A stretch of DNA of 64,000 bases from Bacteroidaceae bacterium (GTDB lineage Bacteria; Bacillota; Clostridia; Christensenellales; Aristaeellaceae): positions 43,519 through 107,518 of the forward strand of contig CAVIHU010000002.1 of NCBI GenBank assembly GCA_963642705.1, given 5' to 3'. Under the pieces are notes generated by a model. The model saw only the letters and a program-made list of their open reading frames with translations, ran no database searches and was not told the DNA's origin. Shown piece by piece: positions 38,317 to 47,818 of this stretch. Made by a program: the position numbers and the translations under genes. Numbering within the stretch: the stretch's first letter is position 1; every line of letters starts with the position of its first letter.

Positions 38317-38357
38317 TAAAAAAGGGGATTGCCTCGCGATGAGACAATCCCCTTTGC
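38317..38357. terminator. Bidirectional terminator between convergent ribF and rplL
   Basis: AAAAAAGGGGATTG.CTC gcgat GAG.CAATCCCCTTTG, with an A-run before and T-rich sequence after. Confidence 0.65.
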
Positions 38358-38386
38358 ATTGCAGTTCGATTCGAGCAATCCGAAGA

Positions 38387-38770
38387 TTACTTGATTTCGC
38401 ACTCGCCGCCGACTTCCTTGAACTGGGCAGCCAGCTTCTCGGCTTCTTCCTTCGGCAGAGCTTCCTTGACGGTCTTCGGACCGTTCGGAACAGCCTCGAC
38501 GAAGTCCTTTGCTTCCTTCAGACCCAGGCCGCACACTTCGCGAACCAGCTTCAGAACCTTCAGCTTCGAAGCGGCGTCGAAAGACTTCAGCACCACGTCG
38601 AACTCGGTCTTCTCTTCCACAGCGGCGGCAGCAGCACCAGCAGCGGGACCAGCAACAACAGCGGTCGCGGCAGCGGACACGCCGAACTTTTCTTCCATAG
38701 CCTTGACCAGATCGGCCAGCTCCAGCACCGTCATAGATTCGACGGCGGCAATGATCTCTTCATGAGTCAT
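38387..38770 (-). CDS. rplL: 50S ribosomal protein L7/L12
   Basis: Characteristic N-terminal dimerisation helix, Ala-rich hinge and C-terminal domain ([24 protein letters not shown]). Confidence 0.97.
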   Translation of the reverse strand: MTHEEIIAAVESMTVLELADLVKAMEEKFGVSAAATAVVAGPAAGAAAAAVEEKTEFDVVLKSFDAASKLKVLKLVREVCGLGLKEAKDFVEAVPNGPKTVKEALPKEEAEKLAAQFKEVGGECEIK

Positions 38771-38855
38771 GTTGATTCAGCCTCCTATTTCGGTTGATAT
38801 CGGATTGGATTTGTTTTGATGGTTGTGCGAGGGACGAACCCTCATGCGGCGAAGC

Positions 38856-39377
38856 TTATTCCTCGCCGTTCTTCTGCTTGCGGATGGCATCGACCACGCG
38901 GACGAAGCTCGCCACGGTGTTGGTCATGCAGCCAAGCAGCTTTGCCAGCAGCACTTCGCGGCTCGGCAGGTTTGCCAGATGCTTCACAGCATTGACATCA
39001 AGCACCTCAGTGCCCAGCAGACCGCCGGTAATCTTGAGGCTCTCCAGCTTGTTCTTTTCGATGTAGTCGTTGATGATCTTCGGACCGGACACAGCGTCCT
39101 TCATGGAGAACACGAAAGCGTTCGGACCGTTGAGCAGATCATCCAGCCCGGAAACGCCGACCTCCTGCAGTGCGCGGAGAACCAGACGATTCTTGAGGAC
39201 GCAGTAAGCGGTATCGCTTTCACGGCACTGCTTGCGGATTTCAGTCACCTGCTCCACAGTCAGTCCGCTGTAGCTGCAAATCACCACAGACTGGGCATTC
39301 TTCAGCTTGTCGACGATGTCAGCAACAGCTGCAACCTTCTCGGGCTTTACCTCATGCACCTTGCTCATTTCTTGCAC
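38856..39377 (-). CDS. rplJ: 50S ribosomal protein L10
   Basis: L10 pattern (LKNAQSVVICSYSGLTVEQVTEIRK...), located immediately upstream of rplL. AAGGAGG RBS. Confidence 0.95.
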   Translation of the reverse strand: MQEMSKVHEVKPEKVAAVADIVDKLKNAQSVVICSYSGLTVEQVTEIRKQCRESDTAYCVLKNRLVLRALQEVGVSGLDDLLNGPNAFVFSMKDAVSGPKIINDYIEKNKLESLKITGGLLGTEVLDVNAVKHLANLPSREVLLAKLLGCMTNTVASFVRVVDAIRKQKNGEE

Positions 39378-39531
39378 CTCCTTAACGGTTTGAAAGTAAA
39401 AGAAAACCCTTGCAACAGGTGCAAGGGACGAGCAAAATCATGCTATATCCATCACACCTCGGCAGGCGGAGCGAACTCCTTTACATCCATGCGGATACCG
39501 GCTGTCTACGGCACAGGCTTCTTCAAAACCG
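39378..39531 (-). promoter_or_regulatory. rplJ 5' leader (L10-leader-type autoregulatory element with attenuator hairpin)
   Basis: About 150-nt leader between the consensus promoter and rplJ. Contains CCCTTGCAcctgtTGCAAGGG followed by TTTTCTTTT (plus-strand 39398-39427). The family assignment rests on position only. Confidence 0.55.
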
Positions 39532-39537
39532 TGATTT

Positions 39538-39566
39538 ATTATAGCAAATGGAAAGGAAAATGTCAA
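39538..39566 (-). promoter_or_regulatory. Perfect consensus SigA promoter for rplJ-rplL
   Basis: Minus strand reads TTGACA, a 17-nt spacer, then TATAAT. Confidence 0.7.
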
Positions 39567-39686
39567 GTGGAAAATTGGCCATTCATAGGAGAAACCTGTA
39601 AGCAGACAGCGTGCATTGACCGTGTAAAGTATCAAAGGGGAGCTGCAATCAAAAATATTGATGGAAGTGAAACTAAGCATGGTGCC

Positions 39687-39743
39687 GAAGGGGTCAAGGG
39701 GGGCGACCACGTGCTTCAACTGATCTGTTGCTCCCCTGAAGCT
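39687..39743 (+). repeat. Related element, copy B (upstream of the rplJ promoter region)
   Basis: CCGAAGGGGTCAAGGGGGGCGACCAC ... GCTCCCCTGAAGC. Confidence 0.35.
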
Positions 39744-39746
39744 GAA

Positions 39747-40775
39747 TTATTCCGCCGGAATAACAAGAATCACTTGCCGGAGGTCGAAGGAATACATGCT
39801 GTAGCTGAACTGACCGTACACGTTCGTCTGCTCCAGATACGCGGTCAGGAATTGATTCGGATCGGCGGTGCATTGGGCGTACAGGTCGTTTGAGAGCGCG
39901 ATTTCGATGGGTTCGCCGCTGAACAGCCGCGAGAGAAATGTCTCCAACTCATCGCGCGTGCTGACCGTCAATCCGTGTGACACATAGTAGCCAACGGCGG
40001 CGCTCGTGTCCGGACAAACGCAGCTGTCGTCCGGCTGGTGGTCTGCAGCCATTTCCTCTGCGGACAGCGCGAAGTACCAGTGTGCGGCGAGGTCGCCCAA
40101 ATCATCCCAGCAGGCATCAATCAGGCAGGGATCGTCTATTTTGGCGATGTTCCATGCGTGGGCGGCTGTGACGCCATCGGATGATGTCGCCTGACCTTCG
40201 ATGAGACCGCAGGGAATGCCCGCAAGCCGGTACAGCAGCGTCAGCGCCTGCGCATAACCCTCGCAGTTTGCCTGACCATCAAGCAGCGCACCGACTGCCG
40301 TTGCGCACCATGCGGTGTCATCCGAATAGGATACGCGAGAAATCAGCAGGTCGTGCAGACCGACAAGATCAGCGGTTATGCTCAGCCATGCCTGAGCCGC
40401 TTCAAGCAGCTGTGCCCGGAGGGACTGCGCTTCGGACAGCATACACCGGTACTGGGGTCGAACGCCCGTGGCAATGTCAGGGGCGGTGCGCTCGTAGAGG
40501 ATGGTATATGTTACGTCAACGACGAAAAGCTCCGGGTAGCTGCGCGTCAGGTCGTTCATGGTCTGGCTCAGGAGGTCGAAGGATGTGCCGCCCGGAAGGT
40601 CGATGTTCTCCTCCTGAGCGAGCAGACGCGGATAGAGGTAATCGCGCAGGGACAGCTCGGCGGCGGAGGCTGTGTGCGAGGTCAGTACCGTGTCCCCGGC
40701 ATAGGGGAGCGATTCGGCGTGGGAAACGGTCAGCATGAGCAGCAAGGTGAGCAGGATGATGATTCGCTTGCGCAT
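39747..40775 (-). CDS. Secreted transglutaminase-like (Cys protease fold) protein
   Basis: Signal peptide present. Core Cys in GQANCEGYAQALTLLYRLAGIP, then downstream AHAWN and D. AGGAGGA RBS. Confidence 0.75.
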   Translation of the reverse strand: MRKRIIILLTLLLMLTVSHAESLPYAGDTVLTSHTASAAELSLRDYLYPRLLAQEENIDLPGGTSFDLLSQTMNDLTRSYPELFVVDVTYTILYERTAPDIATGVRPQYRCMLSEAQSLRAQLLEAAQAWLSITADLVGLHDLLISRVSYSDDTAWCATAVGALLDGQANCEGYAQALTLLYRLAGIPCGLIEGQATSSDGVTAAHAWNIAKIDDPCLIDACWDDLGDLAAHWYFALSAEEMAADHQPDDSCVCPDTSAAVGYYVSHGLTVSTRDELETFLSRLFSGEPIEIALSNDLYAQCTADPNQFLTAYLEQTNVYGQFSYSMYSFDLRQVILVIPAE

Positions 40776-40788
40776 GATTCCTCCTATT

Positions 40789-40819
40789 AAAAAAGGACTG
40801 TCTCGCGAGGGGACAGTCC
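40789..40819 (-). terminator. Intrinsic terminator after the PG-binding lipoprotein gene
   Basis: Minus strand shows GGGACTGTC.C ctcgc G.GACAGTCC followed by TTTTTT. Confidence 0.65.
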
Positions 40820-40834
40820 CGAAAGAATGTTGAA

Positions 40835-42949
40835 TTAGTAGGCAGACTTCGGGTTGGAGCCGTAAAGCACGGACAGCGTTTCCTGACCGGCGGCGCCATC
40901 GACCGTCAAACCGTTCTTGGACTGGAAGTTCCTGATGGCAGCAACTGTCGCACTGTCATAATAGCCGGTAACAACGGAGAGGTAACCGAGCTGATACAGG
41001 CTGTCCTGCATCTGCACGACCTCATCGCCCTGGTCGCCGACGTTCAGGGTGGTGTATTCCGTGGTCTTGGCGGCAGCAGCGATGGCATTGCCGCTGTAGA
41101 GAACGGAGAGCGTCTTGTTGCCTGCGACGCCGTCAACCGGCGAAATCTTGTTGCGGATTTGGAAGGCGCGGACAGCATCCTGCGTGGTGGCACCGTAAAC
41201 GCCGTCGCGGGAGCCGTCATAGTAGCCCAGCTCGTAGAGTGTCGCCTGCATCGAGCGGACAGCGGAGTTGGAGTCGCCCGGGCGGAGTGTAGCATATTCA
41301 TCGGCATTGACCGCAGAGGAGGAGTAGAGCATGGAGAGCGTCTTATCGCCCGCAATACCGTCAACCGGCGTGATGCTCATCTTCGTCTGGAATGCCTTGA
41401 CGGCAGTGGCGGTTGATGTGCCGTATGTGCCGTCAACCGAACCGGTGTAGTAGCCCTTGTCCTTCAGGGCACGCTGGAGCGTCCTGACGGCGGTGCCGGT
41501 ATCGCCCGGGCGGAGCGTTTCATACGTGGTGCCGGAGGAATCGGAAGAGCTGGACGCATACAGGGCGCGCTGCGTGGCAGGACCTGCCTTTCCGTCAACG
41601 CGCAGTCCCTTTGCGGTCTGGAAGGCGGTAACGGCGGCGGTTGTGCCGGTGCCGTACTTGCCGTCGACCGATCCGGAATAGTAGCCCTTGTTCTTCAGCG
41701 CCTGCTGGAGCTTCCTGACGGCTGTGCCGCTGTCGCCCTCGGACAGCGTTGTGTAACCGTCAGGCGATGTGGTTGTGGACGGCGTTGTATTTGACGAGGA
41801 GGAGCCTGCCGCGGCCGCAGAGGACGAATAGAGCTTGTTGAGCGTGGCGGTGCCTGCCTTGCCGTCGGCATTGAGACCGTTGGCAGTCTGGAAGGCGATA
41901 ACGGCGGCTTTTGTGGCATCGCCGAAGCTTCCGTCAGCCGTGCCGGAGAGATAACCGAGCGACTTCAGCCGCTTCTGCATCGCGCGGACGGCATCGCCGG
42001 ACTGACCGGATTCAAGCGTCGTTCCGATGGAGGAAACGGGGCTGCTGGCCTTGACTGCGGAGGAGGAATACAGCGTCTTGAGCGTTGACGGACCGGCGAT
42101 GCCGTCATCGTAGAGACTCTTGTACTTCGCCTGGAACGCCTTGACGGCGTATTCTGTTGCACCTTCGTAATTGCCGTCAGCCTTGCCGGACATCCAGCCG
42201 AGCGAAATCAGACGGGTCTGAAGTGTTTTGACGCGGGCACCGGACGAACCGATGCTCAGGTAGTAGTCGGTGGACAGGTTCGGCGTGGCGGTCGCGGAAG
42301 GCTGCTTTGACGCGGTCGCACGGGCAGTCGTGCGCGGCGTGGCGGTCGCGGTCGATGCCTTTACGGCATTGGAGCTGTTGAGCTTGTTCATGGTGGACGT
42401 GCCCGCGATGCCGTCAACGTAAAGATTGTTGCGATCCTGGAAGGCGCGGACAGCCTTTTCGGTCGCGTCGCCGAAGTCGCCGTCAACGGAGCCGGTGTAA
42501 TAGCCGAGCTGCTTCAGGCGGCGCTGGAGCGTCTTGACGGCGTCACCCGAGGCACCCTTTTTGAGGACGGTGGACGTCGGCGTGGGCGTCGCGGTCGGCC
42601 TGTTGGTCGCAGCGCTGCCGCTTGTCGGCGTTGCGGTGCCAATGACGGTCACGCCGCCGTTGGTGTATACGCCGATGCCGCCGGAGGATGAGGTGGGCGT
42701 TGCAGTGCTGGTGTCGAAATTGTACGTTGCTTCCGGCTCATCTGACGGCGAAGGACTGGGCGTCGCCGTGCGCGGCGGTGCGGAAATGACGGCCGTGTTA
42801 TAAATGACGCCGGAGTTGGAAAGGTCGCCCGAAAGATCATCCGGCGGAACAAAGCAGCCCGTCAGTGTCATGGACAACGCCAAAATACCGCACAGCGCGG
42901 CGAATTTCGCCCTGCGGCGGCTGGTATTTCCGGAGCTGTTTCTCTTCAT
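40835..42949 (-). CDS. Lipoprotein with seven peptidoglycan-binding (PG_binding_1) repeats
   Basis: ATG at 42949 follows GGAGG. Lipobox LTGC. Seven copies of the G.sG.aV..LQ..L..lGYy.G..DG.fG..T..AV..FQ pattern, separated by S/T/P/A linkers. Confidence 0.8.
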   Translation of the reverse strand: MKRNSSGNTSRRRAKFAALCGILALSMTLTGCFVPPDDLSGDLSNSGVIYNTAVISAPPRTATPSPSPSDEPEATYNFDTSTATPTSSSGGIGVYTNGGVTVIGTATPTSGSAATNRPTATPTPTSTVLKKGASGDAVKTLQRRLKQLGYYTGSVDGDFGDATEKAVRAFQDRNNLYVDGIAGTSTMNKLNSSNAVKASTATATPRTTARATASKQPSATATPNLSTDYYLSIGSSGARVKTLQTRLISLGWMSGKADGNYEGATEYAVKAFQAKYKSLYDDGIAGPSTLKTLYSSSAVKASSPVSSIGTTLESGQSGDAVRAMQKRLKSLGYLSGTADGSFGDATKAAVIAFQTANGLNADGKAGTATLNKLYSSSAAAAGSSSSNTTPSTTTSPDGYTTLSEGDSGTAVRKLQQALKNKGYYSGSVDGKYGTGTTAAVTAFQTAKGLRVDGKAGPATQRALYASSSSDSSGTTYETLRPGDTGTAVRTLQRALKDKGYYTGSVDGTYGTSTATAVKAFQTKMSITPVDGIAGDKTLSMLYSSSAVNADEYATLRPGDSNSAVRSMQATLYELGYYDGSRDGVYGATTQDAVRAFQIRNKISPVDGVAGNKTLSVLYSGNAIAAAAKTTEYTTLNVGDQGDEVVQMQDSLYQLGYLSVVTGYYDSATVAAIRNFQSKNGLTVDGAAGQETLSVLYGSNPKSAY

Positions 42950-43273
42950 GGTCAAAACCTCCACTTTCTCCCTCGGCGCGAGCGGAGAGGCGAATGCGGT
43001 CGCTGGTGATGCGGGAAAAGCGGATGCTTTCTCATCCATCAAACAAAGCGGAACGCAGTTTTCCTGCATCTGATTAGACGAACAGAAAGGGCAATTTGTT
43101 CCAATCCATTCGCAAGAAATATAAATTCGACGGCGCACGTTGTTTTCCCTGCTGAAAAGAAGGAAATGCAGGAAAAAAGAGCGAATTATTTTTCTTTAAG
43201 CGTTCGCGGAGGAGCAATCTGCCGCGGACAGGATGCAGTCCGCCGAATCGGGCGGAACGGAAAGAAGGACAGT

Positions 43274-44116
43274 ATGTCAGAATGTAGTCATGACTGCTCC
43301 TCCTGCGGGAGCAGCTGCGCGTCGCGTCAGCAGCCGCAAAGCCTGCTGGCACCGGCCAATGCGGGGAGCAGAGTCAAGAAGGTCATCGGTGTCGTGAGCG
43401 GCAAGGGCGGCGTCGGCAAATCGCTGGTGACGGGTCTGATGGCGTGCGAAACGGCGCGCCGCGGAAAAATCGCCGGCGTACTCGATGCGGACATCACGGG
43501 ACCGAGCATGCCGCGGATTCTCGGTGTGCATGACAAGGCGGTCGGCTGCGAGCAGGGGATTCTGCCTAACGAGGCGGCAGGCGGCGTGAAGGTCATGTCC
43601 ATCAACCTGCTGCTGGAGAACGATACCGACCCGGTTATCTGGCGCGGCAGCCTGATTGCAGGCACGGTCAAGCAGTTTTGGACGGATGTCGCCTGGGGCG
43701 ATGTGGATTGCCTGTATGTCGATATGCCTCCGGGAACGGGCGATGTGCCGCTGACGGTGTTCCAGTCGCTGCCGGTGGATGCGATTGTGATTGTTATCAG
43801 CCCGCAGGAGCTTGTCGGCATGATTGTCGAGAAGGCGGTCAAGATGGCGGAGATGATGAATATTCCGGTGCTGGGTCTCGTGGAGAACATGTCCTATATC
43901 ACGTGCACGGACTGCGGACGCCGTTTGTATCCATTCGGTGAAAGTAAGACCGCAGACGTTGCCGAAAAGCATCATCTGCCGCTGCTCTGTCAGCTGCCGA
44001 TTGACCCCGAAATCACCAGGAGGTGCGATGCAGGCGAGCTGATGTCCCTTCAGGTGCCGGAAATCGCAAAGGCGGTCGATGCGGCGCTCACATGCCCTGT
44101 CAGGGAGCACAGGTAA
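43274..44116 (+). CDS. Mrp/NBP35 (ApbC) family Fe-S cluster carrier ATPase
   Basis: N-terminal Cys-rich MSECSHDCSSCGSSC, deviant Walker A GKGGVGKS, and the CxxC motif (ITCTDCG). Confidence 0.85.
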   Translation: MSECSHDCSSCGSSCASRQQPQSLLAPANAGSRVKKVIGVVSGKGGVGKSLVTGLMACETARRGKIAGVLDADITGPSMPRILGVHDKAVGCEQGILPNEAAGGVKVMSINLLLENDTDPVIWRGSLIAGTVKQFWTDVAWGDVDCLYVDMPPGTGDVPLTVFQSLPVDAIVIVISPQELVGMIVEKAVKMAEMMNIPVLGLVENMSYITCTDCGRRLYPFGESKTADVAEKHHLPLLCQLPIDPEITRRCDAGELMSLQVPEIAKAVDAALTCPVREHR

Positions 44117-44184
44117 TCATCAGACGATGACGGCAGAATGACATTTAGCCGAGAAATCTCCCAACAGGCATGGGCGTGCATTGC

Positions 44185-44216
44185 GAAGGGGTTCAGGGAG
44201 CGATCACAAAGCCTCC
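44185..44216 (+). repeat. GC-rich hairpin repeat, copy H (between convergent mrp and membrane-protein genes)
   Basis: GCGAAGGGGTTCAGGGAGC gatcacaaa GCCTCC. 29 of 38 positions are identical to copy A. Confidence 0.5.
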
Positions 44217-44252
44217 GGAAGCTGCCTGAACACAGAAAAGAGTTTGAAGAAA

Positions 44253-45413
44253 TCATCTCTTCCACCTCTTTGGCAACGGCGTTTCCGCATCAATCCGATA
44301 GATGGTCGGGTCTGTCGGATGAAAAACCACATGCACCGGATCCCCTGCCTGATAGGGCTGAAACACCGGCTTGCTGACGAGCACGACCGCATCCCCCGTT
44401 GCAGGATGACGGCAGGAAATCACCAGCACGCATCCGTGTACACCCCTGCGGACGGCGCGGTCAGGGACAACCTCCGTGACGCGTACCATCCGATGCAGGC
44501 CGCGCTTGCGGAGAAGGGCTCGCTCTTCCCGCTGCATGAAGTATCGGATGAGGGCGTCGATGGATTCGGAAGTCCGGCGTGTTACCAGGGTGCCGGAAAT
44601 CAGCCCGATCAGCAGAGGCAGCACCAAAAGCAGAAACAGCGGCGACAGGCGGTAAAGCAGCGGCGCGGCGAACGCAATTAACAGCAGAACAAGGAACACG
44701 AGCCGATGCCAGCGACACCAGTATTCGAGCCTTGTGCAGAACAGCCAGAGCAGGCAGCAGCCCCAAAGCAGCGCAGGGAGCATCAGCAGGAAGCCGCCGA
44801 ACAGGAGAAAAAGTCTTTCCAGCGAGAATGCAAGCGAGCTGCCGGCAACGGCGGAAAGCTGCCGAAGCAGCCGTACACCGCCTGCGGACAGCGCTGCCAG
44901 CAGCAGATACATCAGCAGCCATGCATAGGGGCACATCAAAAACGCGTGCGTCAGCGAGCACGAGCCCTCCAGCGCATACCGAAAGGCAGAGCGCAGATAG
45001 CGAAGCGCATAGCGCAGCGTGGAAACTGCGAGCTTCGGCAGCCACAGCAGCAAATCAAGCAGAATGTTGACGCAGTCGATGAGCGAATGCGGTCTGCGCA
45101 GCGGTTTCGGTTCGCAGAGGGAGGACAGCAGCGCATGGGTAGCGCAGAAGGATTCATGGGGAGCTGGCATGTGCGGACGCTTGCGGACCGCTTCCGGTTC
45201 GGCAGTTTCTTCGGGTTCACAGGAGAAGCCGGAAACCGTTGAATAGTCGGGGTCAGATGAATCGGGAGCAGATGAAGGGTCGGAAAAGTCGGGAGCCATT
45301 GAAGGGTCGGGAAGCATGGAAGGGTCGGGAACCATCGAGGAGTCGGGAACCATGGAGAAGTCGGGAACCGACCGTCTGCGCCTCCGCTGATTGCTTTCAC
45401 TCATGGCGGTCAT
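44253..45413 (-). CDS. Hypothetical multi-pass membrane protein with N-terminal PDxSMx repeats
   Basis: ATG at 45413 follows AAGGAGG. Several hydrophobic segments. The C-terminal soluble beta-rich region might be DUF3592-like, but I cannot verify that. Confidence 0.6.
   Translation of the reverse strand: MTAMSESNQRRRRRSVPDFSMVPDSSMVPDPSMLPDPSMAPDFSDPSSAPDSSDPDYSTVSGFSCEPEETAEPEAVRKRPHMPAPHESFCATHALLSSLCEPKPLRRPHSLIDCVNILLDLLLWLPKLAVSTLRYALRYLRSAFRYALEGSCSLTHAFLMCPYAWLLMYLLLAALSAGGVRLLRQLSAVAGSSLAFSLERLFLLFGGFLLMLPALLWGCCLLWLFCTRLEYWCRWHRLVFLVLLLIAFAAPLLYRLSPLFLLLVLPLLIGLISGTLVTRRTSESIDALIRYFMQREERALLRKRGLHRMVRVTEVVPDRAVRRGVHGCVLVISCRHPATGDAVVLVSKPVFQPYQAGDPVHVVFHPTDPTIYRIDAETPLPKRWKR
45246..45371 (-). 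repeat. Imperfect 18-nt tandem repeat (about 5 clear units plus degenerate copies) inside the membrane-protein gene
   Basis: Plus-strand units GTCGGGA(A/G)(C/G)CAT.GA... begin at 45288, 45306, 45324, 45342 and 45360. They encode PD(F/S/P)SM(V/L/A) hexapeptides. Confidence 0.85.
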
Positions 45414-45507
45414 GCCGCCTCCTTTTTTGCAGGAAATCATCATTTCAATATTCGCCGCGAATGGTCGGAAGTCCTCCATGACCGGCGGAATCGGATGGAG
45501 AACACAC

Positions 45508-46203
45508 ATGGAGATCATCGCGCACATCCGCAATGGCTATCGGGAGAAATTCGGCGTACCGCGCCAATCCGGACTTGTTCCGGCGGTGTCGCGCGTCGTG
45601 ATGGAGCCGGAATACGGCGTCCGCGAGGCTTTTCGGGGCATCGGGGGTTTTTCGCACCTGTGGCTGCTGTGGGAATTCGACCAGGCGGCGCGCGAGCAAT
45701 GGCGTCCGACCGTGCGTCCGCCGAGGCTTGGCGGCAATACGCGCATGGGCGTGTTTGCAACGCGCTCGCCGTACCGGCCGAACAAAATCGGTCTGACGGT
45801 CGTCAGGCTCCTGAAGGTCGTGGAGGAAGACGGATGCGTGGTGCTGCACGTTGCTGGCGCGGACATGATGGACGGTACGCCCGTCATCGATATTAAGCCG
45901 TATGTGCCGTATGCGGACAGCGTGCCGGACGCACGGGGCAGCTTTGCCGAGGAAAAGAAGGCGCACGCGCTGCAGGTTATCCTGCCGGAGCAGCTTCGTG
46001 CGCGCATTCCGGCAGAGGATGTTCCTGCCGTGCTGGCAATCCTTGCGCAGGATCCGCGACCGGCCTATCAGCATCAGCCGGAGCGCGTGTACGGCGTGCC
46101 TTACGGCGAAAACGACATCCGCTTCACGGTTGACGGCGATACGCTGACCGTCACGGACGTTGTCCCTTATGAAAAAATCATCGCCAGAAAGGACAGAATA
46201 TGA
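45508..46203 (+). CDS. trmO: tRNA (m6t6A37) methyltransferase TrmO (TsaA/YaeB family)
   Basis: IRNGYREKFGVPRQSG ... FATRSPYRPNKIGLTVVRL ... GTPVIDIKPY, the YaeB fold signature. Confidence 0.8.
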   Translation: MEIIAHIRNGYREKFGVPRQSGLVPAVSRVVMEPEYGVREAFRGIGGFSHLWLLWEFDQAAREQWRPTVRPPRLGGNTRMGVFATRSPYRPNKIGLTVVRLLKVVEEDGCVVLHVAGADMMDGTPVIDIKPYVPYADSVPDARGSFAEEKKAHALQVILPEQLRARIPAEDVPAVLAILAQDPRPAYQHQPERVYGVPYGENDIRFTVDGDTLTVTDVVPYEKIIARKDRI

Positions 46204-47186
46204 GCATTCGGGAGGAAATTGACAGCCTGTATCCCGTTCGCAAGTCGGCGGAGCAGAAGCGCGCATTTGAACAGTGGGTACTTGCAAAAATGCGTGAAAT
46301 GGGCTATCGACCGTATGTCGACGGCATGAACCGCAAGGACAAGGTGCGACAGCGCAACATCGTTGCCGGCGACCCGCAGCACGCAGGCATTATCATCTCC
46401 GCGCATTACGACACTGCGGCGACGATCGGCATTCCGGATATACGGATACCGCGCAATTTTCCGGTGTATGCGCTGTCGCAGCTCGTGATTCTGCTGGCTC
46501 TGCTGCTGATTTCACTGCTTGTCGGCTGTGCGGTCGGGCTGCTGTCGAAAAATGGCGACTGGCTGATTCTCTCATTCTTCCTGACGTTCCTGTGCATTGT
46601 CCTGCTGATGATGTTCGGCAAGGCGAATCCGCATAACGCCAACGATAACACGTCGGGCGTGGCGGCACTGCTGGAAACGATGGCGCGGCTGTCCCCTGAG
46701 GCGCGGGAAAGCACGGCGTTCATCCTATTTGATAATCAGGAGACGGGCAGCAGGGGCGCGAAGTACTTCACGCAGCAGCATGTCGAAATTCAGGCGATGC
46801 AGCTGCTGGTTGACCTGAACTGCATCGGTGACGGCGACCATTTCATCGTATCCGCGCCGAAGCTGGCGCAGGATAAGCCGGGATACGCAGTGCTTCGGGA
46901 CGCGCTCGAGCAGAATGCGGCGGAGTTTGGGGTGCAGACAGGCTTCTGGAGCAGGATTCGTGTGCGCGGCGCGGGCGATTACCGCAAATTCTCCTGCGGC
47001 GTGGGCATCTCTGCGTATCATCACAGCACGGGCGTCGGGTTGGTGACCGGCCGGCTGCACACATCGCGCGATACCGTCTGCCGCGAGGAAAACGTTGCCT
47101 ATCTTGCAAAGAGCCTGTCGGAAACGGCAGAGAGGCAGATTCCGCCGCAGGAGGAAGAGCCGCAAAGCCCGGAAGAAAATGCGTGA
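46200..47186 (+). CDS. M28 family metallopeptidase with internal membrane segments
   Basis: ATGA overlap with trmO. Metal-ligand motifs IIISAHYD and ANDNTSGVAALLE. Two hydrophobic segments lie between them. Confidence 0.75.
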   Translation: MSIREEIDSLYPVRKSAEQKRAFEQWVLAKMREMGYRPYVDGMNRKDKVRQRNIVAGDPQHAGIIISAHYDTAATIGIPDIRIPRNFPVYALSQLVILLALLLISLLVGCAVGLLSKNGDWLILSFFLTFLCIVLLMMFGKANPHNANDNTSGVAALLETMARLSPEARESTAFILFDNQETGSRGAKYFTQQHVEIQAMQLLVDLNCIGDGDHFIVSAPKLAQDKPGYAVLRDALEQNAAEFGVQTGFWSRIRVRGAGDYRKFSCGVGISAYHHSTGVGLVTGRLHTSRDTVCREENVAYLAKSLSETAERQIPPQEEEPQSPEENA

Positions 47187-47243
47187 CGACTTTAACAAAC
47201 TGTAAATTTTGGGATTGAATGCGACATTTTGCACGATTATACT

Positions 47244-47272
47244 TTGCAATTTGAACCTGTTTATGGTACAAT
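47244..47272 (+). promoter_or_regulatory. SigA-type promoter for the coiled-coil gene pair
   Basis: TTGCAA, a 17-nt spacer, then TGgTACAAT. Confidence 0.5.
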
Positions 47273-47315
47273 GAAAATGTAAGCTTTCCGTTCATGACGC
47301 GGAGGAGGAAACGAT

Positions 47316-47792
47316 ATGCTGTCGAAGGGCTTTCGGGCTTGCTTCATTGCGGTCATGTGTGCGCTGTGCGTGGTGCTATGCTATAGCGCCATCCATCAGG
47401 CATCTGTCAGCGAGGAAATCCGGCTGACCCGTCTGTCGCTTGAGGCGACGGAGGCGCGGCTGGAGCTTCAGCAGGTGGAATATGCGCAGGTGCAGGTGGA
47501 TTTGCCGGAAACGCGTGAGCAGCTTGCCGAGGTGCAGCCGCAGGCGGAGGAAGCCTCTGCCCGTGAGCAGGAGCTTCGTGCGCGGCGCAAGGCGCTCCGC
47601 GAGGAAAACGCCGCGTTGACCGAGCAGATTGCAGCGCTGACGGCGCAGCAGGATTCTTTCGTCCAGCAGGGTCTTGACGGACAGCCGGCAATCTCCGTTG
47701 CATCGCTTCAAACGGCACTGCAGGAGATTCAGGCGAAGGTGGACGCCGCGTCAGAGCTCCTCACGCAGGCAGAGGAGTCCTCGGTCAAATAG
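47316..47792 (+). CDS. Single-pass membrane coiled-coil protein, function unknown
   Basis: GGAGGAGGA RBS. N-terminal TM segment, then a heptad-like E/Q/A/L-rich region. Confidence 0.6.
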   Translation: MLSKGFRACFIAVMCALCVVLCYSAIHQASVSEEIRLTRLSLEATEARLELQQVEYAQVQVDLPETREQLAEVQPQAEEASAREQELRARRKALREENAALTEQIAALTAQQDSFVQQGLDGQPAISVASLQTALQEIQAKVDAASELLTQAEESSVK

Positions 47793-47818
47793 CCTGTTAT
47801 CCGATCAATTTAGGAGGA

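Noticed and set aside
38358-38386. A tRNA T-loop-like string, GTTCGATTC, just downstream of rplL.
   Set aside because: There is no acceptor, D-arm or anticodon-arm complementarity around it. It is too short a region to hold a tRNA.
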